Notes under the pieces: model-generated
What the model was told of the DNA's origin: nothing
Database searches by the model: none
Seen by the model: the letters and a program-made list of their open reading frames with translations, nothing else
In this document: positions 1 to 12,780 of the stretch, piece by piece
How positions within the stretch are numbered: the stretch's first letter is position 1
Layout of the letters: each line of letters begins with the position of its first letter
Position numbers and translations under genes: made by a program
Source: the human T2T-CHM13v2.0 reference genome, Homo sapiens
Strand: one strand, 5' to 3'
Assembly: GCF_009914755.1 (NCBI RefSeq)
Contig: NC_060928.1
Length of the DNA: 64,000 nucleotides

Positions 1-112
1 ACTGTAGTTGAGGATGTTATTGAGGGAAACAGAAAAGAGTACACTGAATCTATCATTTCTTATAACTGCAACAGAATCTACAACTATCTGAAAAAGGTTT
101 AATTTAAAAAAA
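1..112 (+). mobile_element. 3' end fragment of an old L1M (L1MC/L1ME-like)
   Basis: Resembles the old L1 3' terminus (ggaaac..gagtacac..tttcttataactgca..gaatctacaactatc) followed by an A-run; heavily diverged. Confidence 0.5.
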
Positions 113-137
113 ATGTAGATCATGATTTAGTAAGTAA

Positions 138-215
138 AGCCTGAGATTCTGTATTTCTAACAAGTCTTCAGATAATACAGATTCCACTGCTGTGGGGACC
201 ACAATGTAAGTAATA
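138..215. mobile_element. MER5-family (hAT-Charlie) terminal fragment
   Basis: ctgtatttctaacaagtcttcagataat...gctgtggggaccaca resembles the MER5A terminus. Confidence 0.45.
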
Positions 216-235
216 AGTCATTGGAAAATTGGTCA

Positions 236-742
236 CTGTAACTCATCATACTAACAGGCTAAAAATAAAAAAACCCATGACCATCTCAATAGATGCTAGA
301 AAGGCATTTAACAAGATTTAACATCTATAAAAGAGAATAACTATCAGCAAACTAAAATTAGAAGGCCAGTTCCCCAACCTGAAAGTGTGCTAATGAAAAA
401 CTTACAGCTAACGTCCTATCAACCATTATTGACTGAATGCAATTTTCCTAAGATTAGGATTAAGACAGAGATTTCTACTCTCATCTTTTTTTTCAACATT
501 TCATTTCTAGAGATCCTAACCAATGTAATGAGGCAAGAAAAAAAAGGCGTACATATTGGAAGGGAAGAAATAAAACTCTCTTTCCCAGAAAATATGACAG
601 TTTATGTAGAAAATTATGAGAGCTACCAAAAACCTACTAAAACTACAAAGCCACAGGATGCAAGGGAATATACAAATTGTACTTCCAAAATTGGTGAATT
701 TCATTTTGTCTAAGTTATACCCCAATAAATCTGATTTTAAAA
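236..742 (+). mobile_element. Old L1M fragment (ORF2 RT remnant joined to a 3' end)
   Basis: ccatgaccatctcaatagatgctagaaaggcattt; the translated remnant LEILTNVMRQEKKGVHIGREEIKLSF matches the L1 ORF2 RT region. Confidence 0.7.
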
Positions 743-1109
743 GCTCTATAGCTAAACTAAATAGTCTAGCCTTGGTTAAAGCAGTATCAATAATCAGTCT
801 TATAATAAATGTCTTAGCTAATGGCAAGTATCCCTCACTCCTTTTATTTCTCTTTTTCCAAAAGAGTGACACCCCATCAACAATGAGTTTCAGGAAGTTC
901 ATTCTTCATTTGTCCCCAAGATAACCAGACAATACATTTGGTTTGCCCCAGTCTCAAGTGTAGGACAAATCTTCTGTTAACAGTGGCTCTCAGAGAGGTT
1001 TTCACTACTCCTAGTATCCAACCTAGCTGCAAAACAATATAATTGTTTGGATAAAAGTAAAGAAGTAAAATCCAAAGAATACCCAAACCTTCATTAAGAT
1101 AGCATTTGT

Positions 1110-1411
1110 GCCAGGCACGGTGGCTCACGCCTGTAATCCCAGCACTTTGGGAGGCTGAGGCAGGCGATCATGAGGTCAGGAGATTGAGACCATCCTGACT
1201 AACATGGTGAAACCCCGTCTCTACTAAAAATACAAAAAATTAGCCAGGCGTGGTGGCAGGCGCCTGTAGTCCCAGCTACTCAGGAGGCTGAGGCAGGAGA
1301 ATGGCGTGAACCCAGGAGGCGGAACTTGCGGTGAGCCAAGATGGCACCATTGCACTCCAGCCCGGGTGACAGAGCAGGACTCCGTCTCAAAAAAGAAAGA
1401 AAGAAAAAAAA
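1110..1411 (+). mobile_element. AluY
   Basis: Full dimer with AluY-type motifs (gagaccatcctg, gagaatggcgtgaacc) and A-rich tail. TSD aagatagcatttgt at 1096-1109 and 1412-1425. Confidence 0.95.
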
Positions 1412-2367
1412 AAGATAGCATTTGTTTGTTCTATTTATTTGCTCCATTTATTCTCAAACAGCCCTGGATCCCTCCCTCAATCCCATCTAATTTACCCCAA
1501 TCTTACTGTCCTTCCTTAAATGCAATAGAATCCAGAAATGTGTAAAAAGGAAAAGCAAAAAGATAATAACAAAGTTTAAAACCTAACACTAAATTACAGT
1601 GCACAGTACATATTAAGGCACTATTCTAGTTTCTTATGTGTAAAATTCTTCCAGTAATGTCCTGAAAGTTAAATGCCTTCCTTTTTTCTTTTAAAAAACA
1701 TATTTTTCCATTATCATTTATAAACCAACAACTACATTTACCCTTTCAAAACTTGGGATCCTGACCATCTATGTCTTACTCAAATATTCCCTTAGTACAG
1801 CATACTTAAAGCAGGGTAAAAAAAGACCAAAAGGCAGATAAGTGTGTCTGAACCTCATTAAGGCACAGATGGAGTTGTATTTGATTCACTGTACTTGAGC
1901 TACATTCCTACACCAGACCAAAGATGAAGCCAGGAAAATTCAGTTCCCTTGATTTATATACTCACCTTAGCAAAAGTGGGAGTGGATCTCACAGGCTACT
2001 CACAGCAAATCTGCAGTGCTCTCATTTGTCATATAGGACAAACTAGAAACTCCCATGGATGGTGAGGATAGGCAGCATGGCGGAAGTGTGCAGAGTGGTG
2101 GTGAGGGTGGCTGCTATTGCAGCATATAGCCTACCTTAAAGGTAGATACCTGAAAGATACTCAGGTAACAAGGAAAAAGTCCAATTCTGGTTGTAGATCA
2201 CTCTTGGGAATAGATTTTTTAAAGTATAAGACCCCCAAAATGCCAGAGTATAAACGACCCTCCCTTTCAATCATGTATCCTTGTTTTTCCTATTTCCCAC
2301 ATTATAAATATCAAAGACCTGAGCATTTACATCAGATTGGTGTGCTCAAAACTTCTTGAAAATGGTG

Positions 2368-2423
2368 TGTAAAATGTCAGTAAGATGAAATGGGTTGTAA
2401 AATGTCAGTAAGATGAAATGGGT
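2368..2423. repeat. Perfect 28-bp tandem duplication
   Basis: tgtaaaatgtcagtaagatgaaatgggt at 2368-2395 and 2396-2423. Confidence 0.95.
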
Positions 2424-3084
2424 TAAAAAGAGAAATGCAGCATATTATACTTCTGATTATTTCTGCAGCCACAAGGTTTTCATTAAGCTTCAAGCATGTG
2501 GGTTTGTGATTATGTTCATGACAACAAACACTAAAACATGGAACAAGATCCGTAGTTCAAAGAAATGAAATATTCCAGAATTTATCCACATATTCCAATA
2601 TACTGTTTTTGTGTATTTTGTTTCCAACTCAAGAGGTTTCTTGAAACCTCTACAAAAATGTTAATCTTAGTGATTCATTCACAAAGGGTTTAAGCTAAAA
2701 TTTTTGTAGTTTAGACTGGAGTTCAATTGTCAAGTAATGATTTTAGAAGTGATATAAATTTTTAAAATTTTGATCAGATCATAGAGAATAGATAAACATG
2801 TCTATTCTAATGCAAAATTTTAGCTACGTTCCCTGCATTATCTTCCAGGCTTAATTATGTATGTTCTGGTTTAACAGGTTATTTTTTTTTTAAAGATCAT
2901 TGGAAAAATATGTTCACAATAAAATCATTCAAGAAATATATTTCTACCAGTACTCTTGTTTCCTAACTTCCTATTTTTTAAGTTCCCTTAATTTTCAAAA
3001 CACAAACTTTTCTTTTCTCTCCTGAGTTATATTTGCTGCTCCTAACCATACTTACATTGTTCAATGCCTTCTAAATATAACAAC

Positions 3085-3450
3085 TGCTATGGTCTGAATG
3101 TTAGCATCCCCCTCAAAATTCATACGTTGAAACCTAACCCTTACGGTAATGAAATTAAGAGGGGGGGCCTTTGGGAGGTAATAAGGTCATGAGGGCTTTG
3201 CCCTCATAAATGAGATTAGTGCCCTTATAAAAGAGGCTTGACAGAGCCTGTTTGCCCCTTCCACCATGTGAGGATGTAGCAAACAAGTGCTATCTTTGAA
3301 GCAGAGACTGGGCCCTCACTGGACACTGAAACTGCTGGTACCTTGATCTTGGATTTCCTAGCATCCAGAATTGTGAGCAATAAATTTCTGTTGTTTAGAA
3401 ATTACCCATTCTTACATGTTTCCATATAGCAGCCCAAATAGACTAAGATG
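3085..3450 (+). mobile_element. Solo MaLR LTR (MLT1A/MLT1A0-like)
   Basis: Starts tgctatggtctgaatg and ends gcagcccaaatagactaaga; has cccttataaaagagg TATA-like and aataaa motifs; ~365 bp. Confidence 0.85.
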
Positions 3451-3529
3451 ATACCTAGTACGTGCCTTCATGCAAGAACTGTATATAGTAGTAGACTTAC
3501 ATGTTATCTTAGTTAAACCAGACTGAAAA

Positions 3530-3650
3530 ACTTCTGTAGTAAATATCATTTCTGTTTTATAAATGAGGAAACTAAGATCTACATAAATCAATTAAACTTG
3601 CCCAACTTAACAAAGTTTCTAGATGGCACAGCCAAGCTTTATCCAGTTCT
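3530..3650 (-). mobile_element. MIR fragment
   Basis: Core-like ttttataaatgaggaaactaag...aacttgcccaa. Confidence 0.6.
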
Positions 3651-5273
3651 AATGTACTCCAACACCCAAAATGTATTTTCATCATTGTAGTAAGTACTGA
3701 GGCCACCTTGGTTGAACAACCACATTTGGATATTCATATACTTTACTCATATTTCTGCTCAGTCTTGTACAGAGAGGCCTATCTGGCTCCTACTTAAAAA
3801 ATAAAATTATTTGAATCATAGGTTCTATGTCTATTTCACAAAGAAAACTGAGAACCTAGCCCTCCATCAGGCCTCTGAAGCAAGAGCCCTCCGTCATTAA
3901 TAAATCCAGGGCTTTGGATGGATTCTATTTTTAGAGTGCTTGAAAAGATCCAAATGCTAGAAAAATCAAATTTTCAAATAGGCAGGTTTCTGATAATAAA
4001 AGATTGAATCAAATATGAAAGAAAAAAATAATTCTTTCCCAAAACAGACTGCATGACCAGATGGAAGAAAGAGTTTAAGAACAAAAAGTGCCAAGTACTT
4101 AATTCAAGTGAAGAATACAGGCATTCGAGGGTCAATGCACTACTTAGAACAGCCAGAGTGCCAGCATGGACAGAATACTGCACCTTCATTCTCTGATGCT
4201 TTTCACTCATCTGCTCTATCACTTCCTTATTCCCCCTCTAATGTCATTAGTTTAAAAAGGTAGAAGGGCAAAATATAGCAAATAATAAATGCTCAGTTAA
4301 CTGTAGATTGTTCATTGGATTTCATGAAAACTATGCACATCCTTATCTGAATTTAATAACTTATTTTAAGGATGATCACCTCTCCAGTCATCACTTTTAC
4401 TTTACAGAAGAGAAGAAAAAATATTCTGAGAGGTTAAAATATTCCCAAAGTCACAAGAAGTGAGGCATAGTGACCACTGTATGCCAAAGGTTGTTGTAGA
4501 AGATTTACATTCTCTATAAAAGGTATGTCAACTCTTAGATCATTAAATCTTTTTCACAGAAAACATGACTCATTGTGATTATTCACATTAATAAAATTAT
4601 ATTGGCTCAATGTTCAGGAAAACAAATAAGTAGAAGACAAAGGTAGGAGAAAAAGCTAACATGGATATTAAGAAGGAAAAAAGGATGCATGTGCTAAAAT
4701 AGGTCTTCAAAAAATTTGCAGCAAGTATTCTGACTCCATCACAAGAATCTATGATCTTCTTAAGAGGTGGCTTGGAGCCAAGAAAAATTCACTAGATGAG
4801 AGTGAAGGAGTCAAAGAACCAATCAGCAAAACAAAATTTCAATAGCTAATGCTAAGTAAAACAGATGCCCATCTCTGTCTGCCCTGTCCCTCACCATACA
4901 TGGGCAATCAGTTATACCACTCTGTAACCATTACCTTTGGTTCCAGATTTACCATGAGCATGCAGTCTTATATCGGTTAGTGACAAAAACGCTTTCCATC
5001 TCTTATTAACAATACTTTCTGCTACATATTCAGTCTTGTATTCATTCCCTTTACATATATGTAAAAATTAGCATGTGAGTAAAAATCAGGTTCTATATGC
5101 TGACAAGCACAATACTGAATGAACCTGGTATATACAATTAATAAAGAGATGGCAACAAAAAGGGAGTAGCTATGATCAAATACAATCATTCTCTCTACAC
5201 TGCTAGAAGAGTTTAATAATCCATATAAACATTATAATCAAAAAGAATTCTGATGCATTTATAAGGCTTGACT

Positions 5274-5311
5274 TAAGAGAAAAAATAGCTCTTCCTAAGA
5301 GAAAAAATAGC
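5274..5311. repeat. Short direct repeat, period 22
   Basis: taagagaaaaaatagc at 5274-5289 and 5296-5311. Confidence 0.8.
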
Positions 5312-6014
5312 CCTTTTCTTATTCATTTTCTTGGCCATGTTTGAAATGGAGAAAGAAAAAAATAAATAAATGCCCAAATATTGTGCACTTTGGTTATGAG
5401 TCCATAAATTTCTATGCATATTATTCAAGCCAGAAAAGTTACACAATCAAGTCTTTTTTTATTTTTAACTTAGTGATTAGGAGTGATTAACCATGATCCT
5501 GTTGAGTTGCAAACGTGGCAATGTAAAGGCCTTTATCCCCTATGCTTCGTGGTCTTGATTTAATAGTGTTGTGTATTCAATATATTTAATATACAGGAGC
5601 TGCCTTTTCCTGGTTGGTAATTAATGTCCCTTGGACCCTGAAATTGCTCAGAACAGGGACTTCTCTGTGGAGACTATATTCCAGATTACACTGCTATTTT
5701 TACTTTATAGGTTCTTGAATTTTAAGGATTTATTTCTAGATTGTACAGGTTCACATTTTGCATCAAGGTTACTAGTCAGATAGCTTACTCTTCTGATAAC
5801 AAATTCCATCTCTGTGAAATACTGGCATTTGTCATGCTATCAGTTTTTGAAATGTTTTGGTAGTGCCTGAGATGATCCATTGCTCATCACTTCCACCACT
5901 TCTAACCTAATCCAACCTACAGCCATATCTCAAATGTGATCATCTCCTGCTCTCTAGTTGATTCACATTTTAGGCAGGGTAATCTTTTTCAAGATAGATT
6001 ACTTTATTCAAGAT

Positions 6015-9000
6015 TTACTATTTATAATTGACAAATATTACATATATATTTAAGGCATAAAATTTAATGATTTGATAGACATATATATTTATGAAATAAT
6101 CACCACAAATTAATTAACCTATCACCTCATGTAGTCATCAATATTTTTTCTTTATTTTCGTGGTGAGAACACCTAGGATCTACCCTCTTAGCAAATTTCA
6201 AGCATATAATAAAATACAACAACTATAGTCACCAGAACTTAGATCTCCAGAATGTACTCATCTAATAACTATAAAGTTTGTATGCTTTGACCACTATCTC
6301 CCCATTTTCTCCTCATCATGACCTCTAGCAATCTTCCTTCTACTCTCCATTTCTATAAGTTGACTTTTTTATATTCCACATATAAGTGAGATCATGCAAT
6401 ATTTGTCTTTCTGTGTCTGGCCTATTTCACTTAGCATAAAGTCCTCCAGATTCATCCATGTTGTCACAAATGGCAGGATTTCCTTCTTTTCTAAAGCTGA
6501 ATAAAGGTTTAGAAAGGTTTCCCTATCCATTCATACATTGACAGACATTTAGGTTGTTTCCCTATCTTGTTGATTGTGAATAATACTGCAATGAATATGA
6601 AAGTGCAGACATCTCTCTGAGATAGTGATTTTTCTTGTACAGTAGCCCCCCTTTATCTGCAGTGTTGCTTTCTATGGTTTCGATCACCCATGGTCAATTG
6701 CAGTCCAAAAATATTAAATGAAAAATTCCAGAAGTAACAATTCATAAGTTTTAAATTGCTTGTTGTTTTCTGTAGCATGATGAAATCTAATGTCATCTAG
6801 CTCTGTCTTGCCCAGGACATGAATCATTCCTTTGTCCAGCAAGTCCTTGCTGTATATACTACCCACTTGTTAATCATCAACATCGTCTGCTCCTGACAGC
6901 CAACCATATCATAGCCCAATAATCCAGGATCACCTGAAGCAGATGTTCTTCCTTCTGAGGTATAGTCAGAAACGGAATAATAACCTAACACTACATCTCA
7001 ATGGCTACAGCATTCACCTCACTTCATTTCATCACATAGGCATTTTATCATCTCACATCCTCACATGCATATTTTATTATTAGTTATTTGTATTAATTTC
7101 TTATTGTGCCTATTTTATAAACTTAATCATAGGCATGTATGTGCAGGAAAAAATATAGTATATATAGGGTTCATTACTTTCTAAGGTTTCAGACATCCAC
7201 TGAGGGTCTCGGAACATATTTCTCACAGATAAGGAAGTTGCTGTATATATACCCAAAAGTAGATCGCTGGAATATATGTAGTTTTATTTTTAATTTTTTG
7301 AGGAGCCTCCATACTGTTTTTCATAAGTGCTGCACCATTTACATTCCCATCAGTAGTGTACAGACATTCCCTTTTCTCCATATCTCACCAACACTTATCT
7401 TTCACTTTTCTCCTAGTAGCCATTTCAACAGGTGTGATGCGATATCTCACTGTGAGTTTGATCTGCATTTCCCTGATGATTAGTGATGTGGAGCACTTTT
7501 TCATATACCTATTGGCCATTTGTTGTCTTCTATTGAGAAATGTCTATTCGGATCTTTGCCCATTTTTCAAATAGATTGTTTTGATGCTATTGAGTTGTTG
7601 AGTTCTTCATGTATTTTGCATGTTAACCCTTTATAGGATATATTGTCTGCAAATATTTTCTCCCATTCTGTTGGTTATCTCTTCACTTTGTCATTTATTT
7701 CTATGCAAATGCTTTTCACTTTGATGTAAATTCATTTGTCTATTTTTGCTTTTGTTGCCTGTGCCTTTGTGATCATATCAAAAAAATTATTGCCCAGACT
7801 AATGTCATGAAGCTTTTTTCTTTTGTTTTCTTCTACTACTTTGGCAATTTCAGGTCTTAAGAGTTAAGCTTTTAATACATTTGAACGGAATTTTGCATGC
7901 ATTGTAAGATAAGGATCATATTTCATTATTCTGCATGTGCATATCTGGTTTTTCCAGCACCATTTATTGGACATTGTCTTTTCCACATTATGTATTCTTG
8001 GCACATTGTTAAAGACCAGTTGACTGAGTATGCGTGAGTTTATCCTTATGCTCTTTTTTCTGTTCCATTGGTTTTCATGCCAGTACCATACGTTTTAATT
8101 AGTGTAGCTTTGTAATAAAATTTTAACTTAAGCAGCCTGATACCTCTAGCTTTATTCTTCCTGCTAAGTTTCTTTGGCTACTCAGGGTCTTTTGTGGTTT
8201 CACAGGAATTATAGGATTGTTTTTCTATATCTGTAACTACTTCCATGAAGCTTTTGATAGAAATGCACTGAGTCTGTATATAACTTTGGTTAGTAACATT
8301 TTAACAATATTAATTCTTCCAATGAATGAACATGAGATTTTTTCCATTTGTCTTTAATTTCCCTTATCAATGCTTTATAGTTTTTAGTGTACAAGTCTTT
8401 CACTTATTTGGTTAAGTTTATTTCTAAGTATTTTATTCTTTTTGTTGACATTACGAATGAGATTGTTTTCTTAATTTTCTTTTTGGACAATTTGTTGTTT
8501 GTAAATAGAAGCACAATTGATTTTGTTCTGTTGATTTTTTATTATGCAACCTTACTGAATTCATTTGTTAGTTCTAACAGAATTTTGTTGTTGTTCATTC
8601 TTTAGAGTTTCCTGGGTATATGATCATGTTATCTGCAAACAAAGACAATTTTTCTTCTTTTTGTTTTTTTCTTTCCTAAATGCTCTAGCTAAAACTTCTG
8701 ATACTATGTTGAGAAGTGACCAGAGTAGGCATCTTTGTATTGTTCAGTATCTCAGAAGAAAAGTTTTCAGTTTTTCCTCATTTATTATCATAAGAGGTAT
8801 GGGTTTTTCATATATAGACTTCACTATGTTGAAGTAAGATCCTTCTATCACTATTTTGTTAAGAGTTTTTATCATGAATGGGTATTGAACTTTGTCAATT
8901 GCTTGTCCTGCATCTATGAAAATGATGTTATTTTTGTCTTTCACTCTGTTAATTGTGTATGTAGACCCATCCTTGCATAATAGAAAACTTCCACTTTGTC

Positions 9001-12000
9001 ATGGTGTTGGATCCTTTTATCATGCTGTTGATTAGGGTTACTGGTATTTCCTTGAGGATTTTTGCATCCATGTTCATCAGGGAAATTAGCTTATAGTTTT
9101 CTTTTCTTTACTATTTTTGCCTGGTTTTAGTAGCAGGGAGATGCTGGCCTCATAAAATGAGTTGGAAAGTGTTCCCTTTTCTTCGATTTTCTGGAACAGT
9201 CTGAGAAAGATTCATATTAATTTCTCTTTTAATAAAATTCACCTATGAAGCCATCAGGTTCTGAACTTTTCATTGTTGGCAGATTTTTCATTACTAATTC
9301 AATCATCTCTTTATTTGTTATTGTCCTTTTCAGGTTGTTTCTTCCCGACACAATTTTGGTAGTTTGAAAGTTTCTCAAAATTGAAAATTGATCCATTTCT
9401 TTTATGTAATCTAGTTTTTCGGGATATAATTGTTTATAATAGTGCCTATGATTTTTATTTCAGAAAAAAATTGTTTTAATGTCTCCTCTTATATTTCTGA
9501 TATTAAATATTTGAATCTTCTTTCTCTTTTTCTTAGACTAAGGGTTTTTTAAAACTTTTATTTATCTTTCGAAAAACAACTTTCAGCTTTGCTGATTTTT
9601 TTCTGTTTTTTTATTCTCTATTTGATTTATTTCTTTTCTAATTTTTATTGTGTCCTTATTTATGCTAACACTAGGCTTAGCTTATTCTTGTTTTTCTAGT
9701 TCTTTGAGGTGCAAAGTTTTTTTTTTCAATATAGGCATTTATACCTACAAAGATTCCTCTTATTAAAGCTTTTGCTGAATCCCATGGGCTTTGATATGTT
9801 GTTTTAATTTTCCTTTGTTTCGAGATACACTTTACATTCCCTTTTAATTTTCAGTGTAGAGCTTAGTTTCCATATATTTGTGAATTTTTCACTTTCTTGC
9901 TGTTACTAATTTCAACTTTTATTGCACTGTGCTCAGAAAAAGTGATTTTTATTTTGGAATGATTTTTATTTTCTTAAATTTGTTGAGATTTGTTTTGTGA
10001 CCTAATATGTGATCTAACCTAGAGAATGTTCTGTGTGTACTGAAAAGTTCTGTTGCGTGAAAAGTTCTGTATACATCAGATAGGACCCTTTAGCTCTCCA
10101 GTGTTGTTTGAGTCATCTGTTTATGGTTGATATTCATATTTGAATGTTCCACCTATTCTTGTAAATATGGTACTAAAGTCCCCAAGTGTTACTGTATTGC
10201 TGTCAATTTCTGCCTTCAGATCTATCAATATTTACTTTATTTAGATAAAACATTATCTAAATATTTAGATGCTGTGATATTTGGTGTGTTTATACTTATA
10301 ACTGTTATAACTTACTGTTGAATTAACTCTTTTATCAATGTATAATGACCTTCTTTTCCTCTAGATAAGGTTTTAGACTTAATGACTATTTTGCCAAATA
10401 TAAATATAGCCACCAGTTTTCTTTTATTTGCATGAAATATCTTTTTACATCCCTTCACTTTTAGCCTATGTGTCTTTAATTCTAAAGTGAACCTCTTATA
10501 GACAACATATCACCAAATTTGTTTTTTGTCCATTCAGCCATTCTATCCTATGACTTTTGTTTGGTGGTGAGTTTAATCCATTTATATTTAAAGAAATTAT
10601 TTTTAGGTGAGGACATACTGTTACCACTTTGTTAGTTGTTTTCTGTTTATCTTACATTGGTTTTGTCTGTCTCATCCTCTTTTGTTATCTTCCTTTGTTA
10701 TTCTATTTTTGTAGTGATTTGCTTTGATTTATTTTCTTTATCTTTTGTGTGCCTATTACACGCTTTTTCTTTGTGGTTAGCTCATGGCTTGCATAAAATA
10801 TCTGATAGTTTTAACCTTCTATTTTAAGTTGATAACAACTTAACTCTAATCTCATACAAAAACACTATACTTTTACTCCTCATACATACACTTTGTGTTC
10901 TTGTAGAAAGAGTGTGCTTCATATCATACTGTGTAACCACTAACACATTTTTATCTATTAATGTATGTGTTAATATTAAAAGTAATTTATGCACCACTTT
11001 GATGATGTTACATTAATTTGTACATGTCCATTTGGCTGTATCTGTTATATTTATGCTTTCAAATGCTTTTTGTTGTTGTTTAGCATATTTTCATTTCAAT
11101 ACAAAAAGTCCCTTAAGCATTTCTTGTAAAGTAAGTCTAGTGGTGACAAACTCTCTCAGTTTTTGTTTATCTAGGAAAGTCACTATTTCTCCCTCATTTT
11201 TAAAAATAATTTTACAAAGTATAGTATTATTGTGGAGTTTTTTTCTTTCAGAACTTTTAATATATCATACAAATCACTCCTGGACAGCTAAAAAAAAATA
11301 AATACACTGTCAGTCTTATAGAGGTCACCTTGTATGTGATGAGTTGCTTTTCTCTTGCTGCTTTCAAAATTCTATCTTTGTCTTTGACATTTGACAATTT
11401 GATTACAATGTGCCTCAGTATAGTCTTCTTCGGGTTTATCATGTTTGGAGACTTTACAGCTTTCATGAACTAGAATGTCAATTTCCCGCTCAAGATTTGG
11501 GAAGTTTTCAGATATTAATTCTTTAAATAAGCTTTCATCTCCTTTATCTGTCTCTTCTCCTTCTTGAACTCTCAAAATGCATATTTTAGTTTTCTTGATG
11601 ATGCATCATGAGTCTCATAAGCTTTCTTCATTCCTTTTTATTCTTTGTCCTTCTTTGACTGGGAACCTCCAAACCATGGGTCCTCACATTTTTAGATATT
11701 TTTCTGATTGATTGAGTCTGTTGCTGACACTCTCTATTGCTTTCTTCATTCCATTCATTATATTCTTCAGCTCCAGAATTTCTGTTTGGTTCTATTTTTA
11801 TGATTTCTATGTCTTTGTTGAACTTCTTGTTTTGTTCTTGTATTGTTTTCTGATTTTGTTAAGTTTTCTATCTGTGTTCTCTTTTAGCTACCTTAATTTC
11901 CTTAAAAGAATTATTTTGAACTCTTACCCAGTTCATAGACTTCCATTTCTTTACAGTCAGATACTGGAAAATTATCATGTTGCTTTGGTGATATCATGTT

Positions 12001-12780
12001 TAGCTGATGTTTTGTGTTTCCTGTAGCCTTGCATTGACATCTGCACATTTGAGGGAGCAGTAGCCTCTTCCAGACTTTATGAACTGGCTTCAGAAAGATA
12101 TTTACCTAAGGTAGGGTGTGACAGTGCCAACTGGGTAGGGTGTGACAGCTTTGGCTCAGTTTGGGGGTGCTTAGTAGTAATTCTGGCTTCAGGCAGATGC
12201 AACAATGAAATCTCCACAGAGTTACATCAGCTAGGTCAGCATCAGCAGAGACTATGAGGATCTTCAGCAGCCAAGGTTACAAATATACCTGGCAGCAAAA
12301 AGGACTCTTGGTGTCCTTAATGGAAAAGGTTGCTGGGGTCCTCTAGTTCTCCTTTTCCCTCATGGGGGAAGTCATGACCAAGGGAATCCCTTTTAGCACC
12401 AGGTCTGACATGTGGGCGCACACACCCAGTGGCAGCAATGTCCGGGTCTGGGACACAGGTGCCCTTACCATAATGATGGTGTAAGTGTCTAAGGCCTGAG
12501 TGTGCTAAGCAGCCGCGAAGACAGGGTCCAAGGCTTTGGGGTGTGTAGAACAACCACAGCACTTGGAACCATGGAATGGGCACACTCACTGCAGTAGTGA
12601 CACCGGTATCTAAGGTGTGAAAATGTGTGGAATAGTCCCAGGGTCTGTGGGGTCTATAGAGTCATTGTAGGGAACTGGTAGCTCTGGCTGGAAAAGAGAG
12701 AAATGGCAGGCACAGCAGCAAATCAGCAGGATGGGGAAGAAGGTGCAGCTGTGGTATCTCTGCTCTCAGATGGGGTGGGG
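6015..12780 (-). mobile_element. Near full-length old L1 (L1MA9-like), interrupted by MER44
   Basis: 3' end with gtggtgagaacacctaggatctaccctcttagcaaatttcaag; ORF2 remnant (8744-8944 IDAGQAIDKVQYPFMIKTL); ORF1 remnant (11257-11575 RHIVIKLSNVKDKDRILKAAREKQLITYK); GC-richer 5' UTR at ~12050-12780. Confidence 0.85.
6640..7243 (+). mobile_element. MER44-family (Tigger7-derived TcMar) DNA transposon nested in the L1
   Basis: Termini cagtagcccccctttatctgc ... acagataaggaagttgctg are degenerate inverted repeats; TA duplication at 6638-6639 and 7244-7245; L1 sequence resumes across it. Confidence 0.88.
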
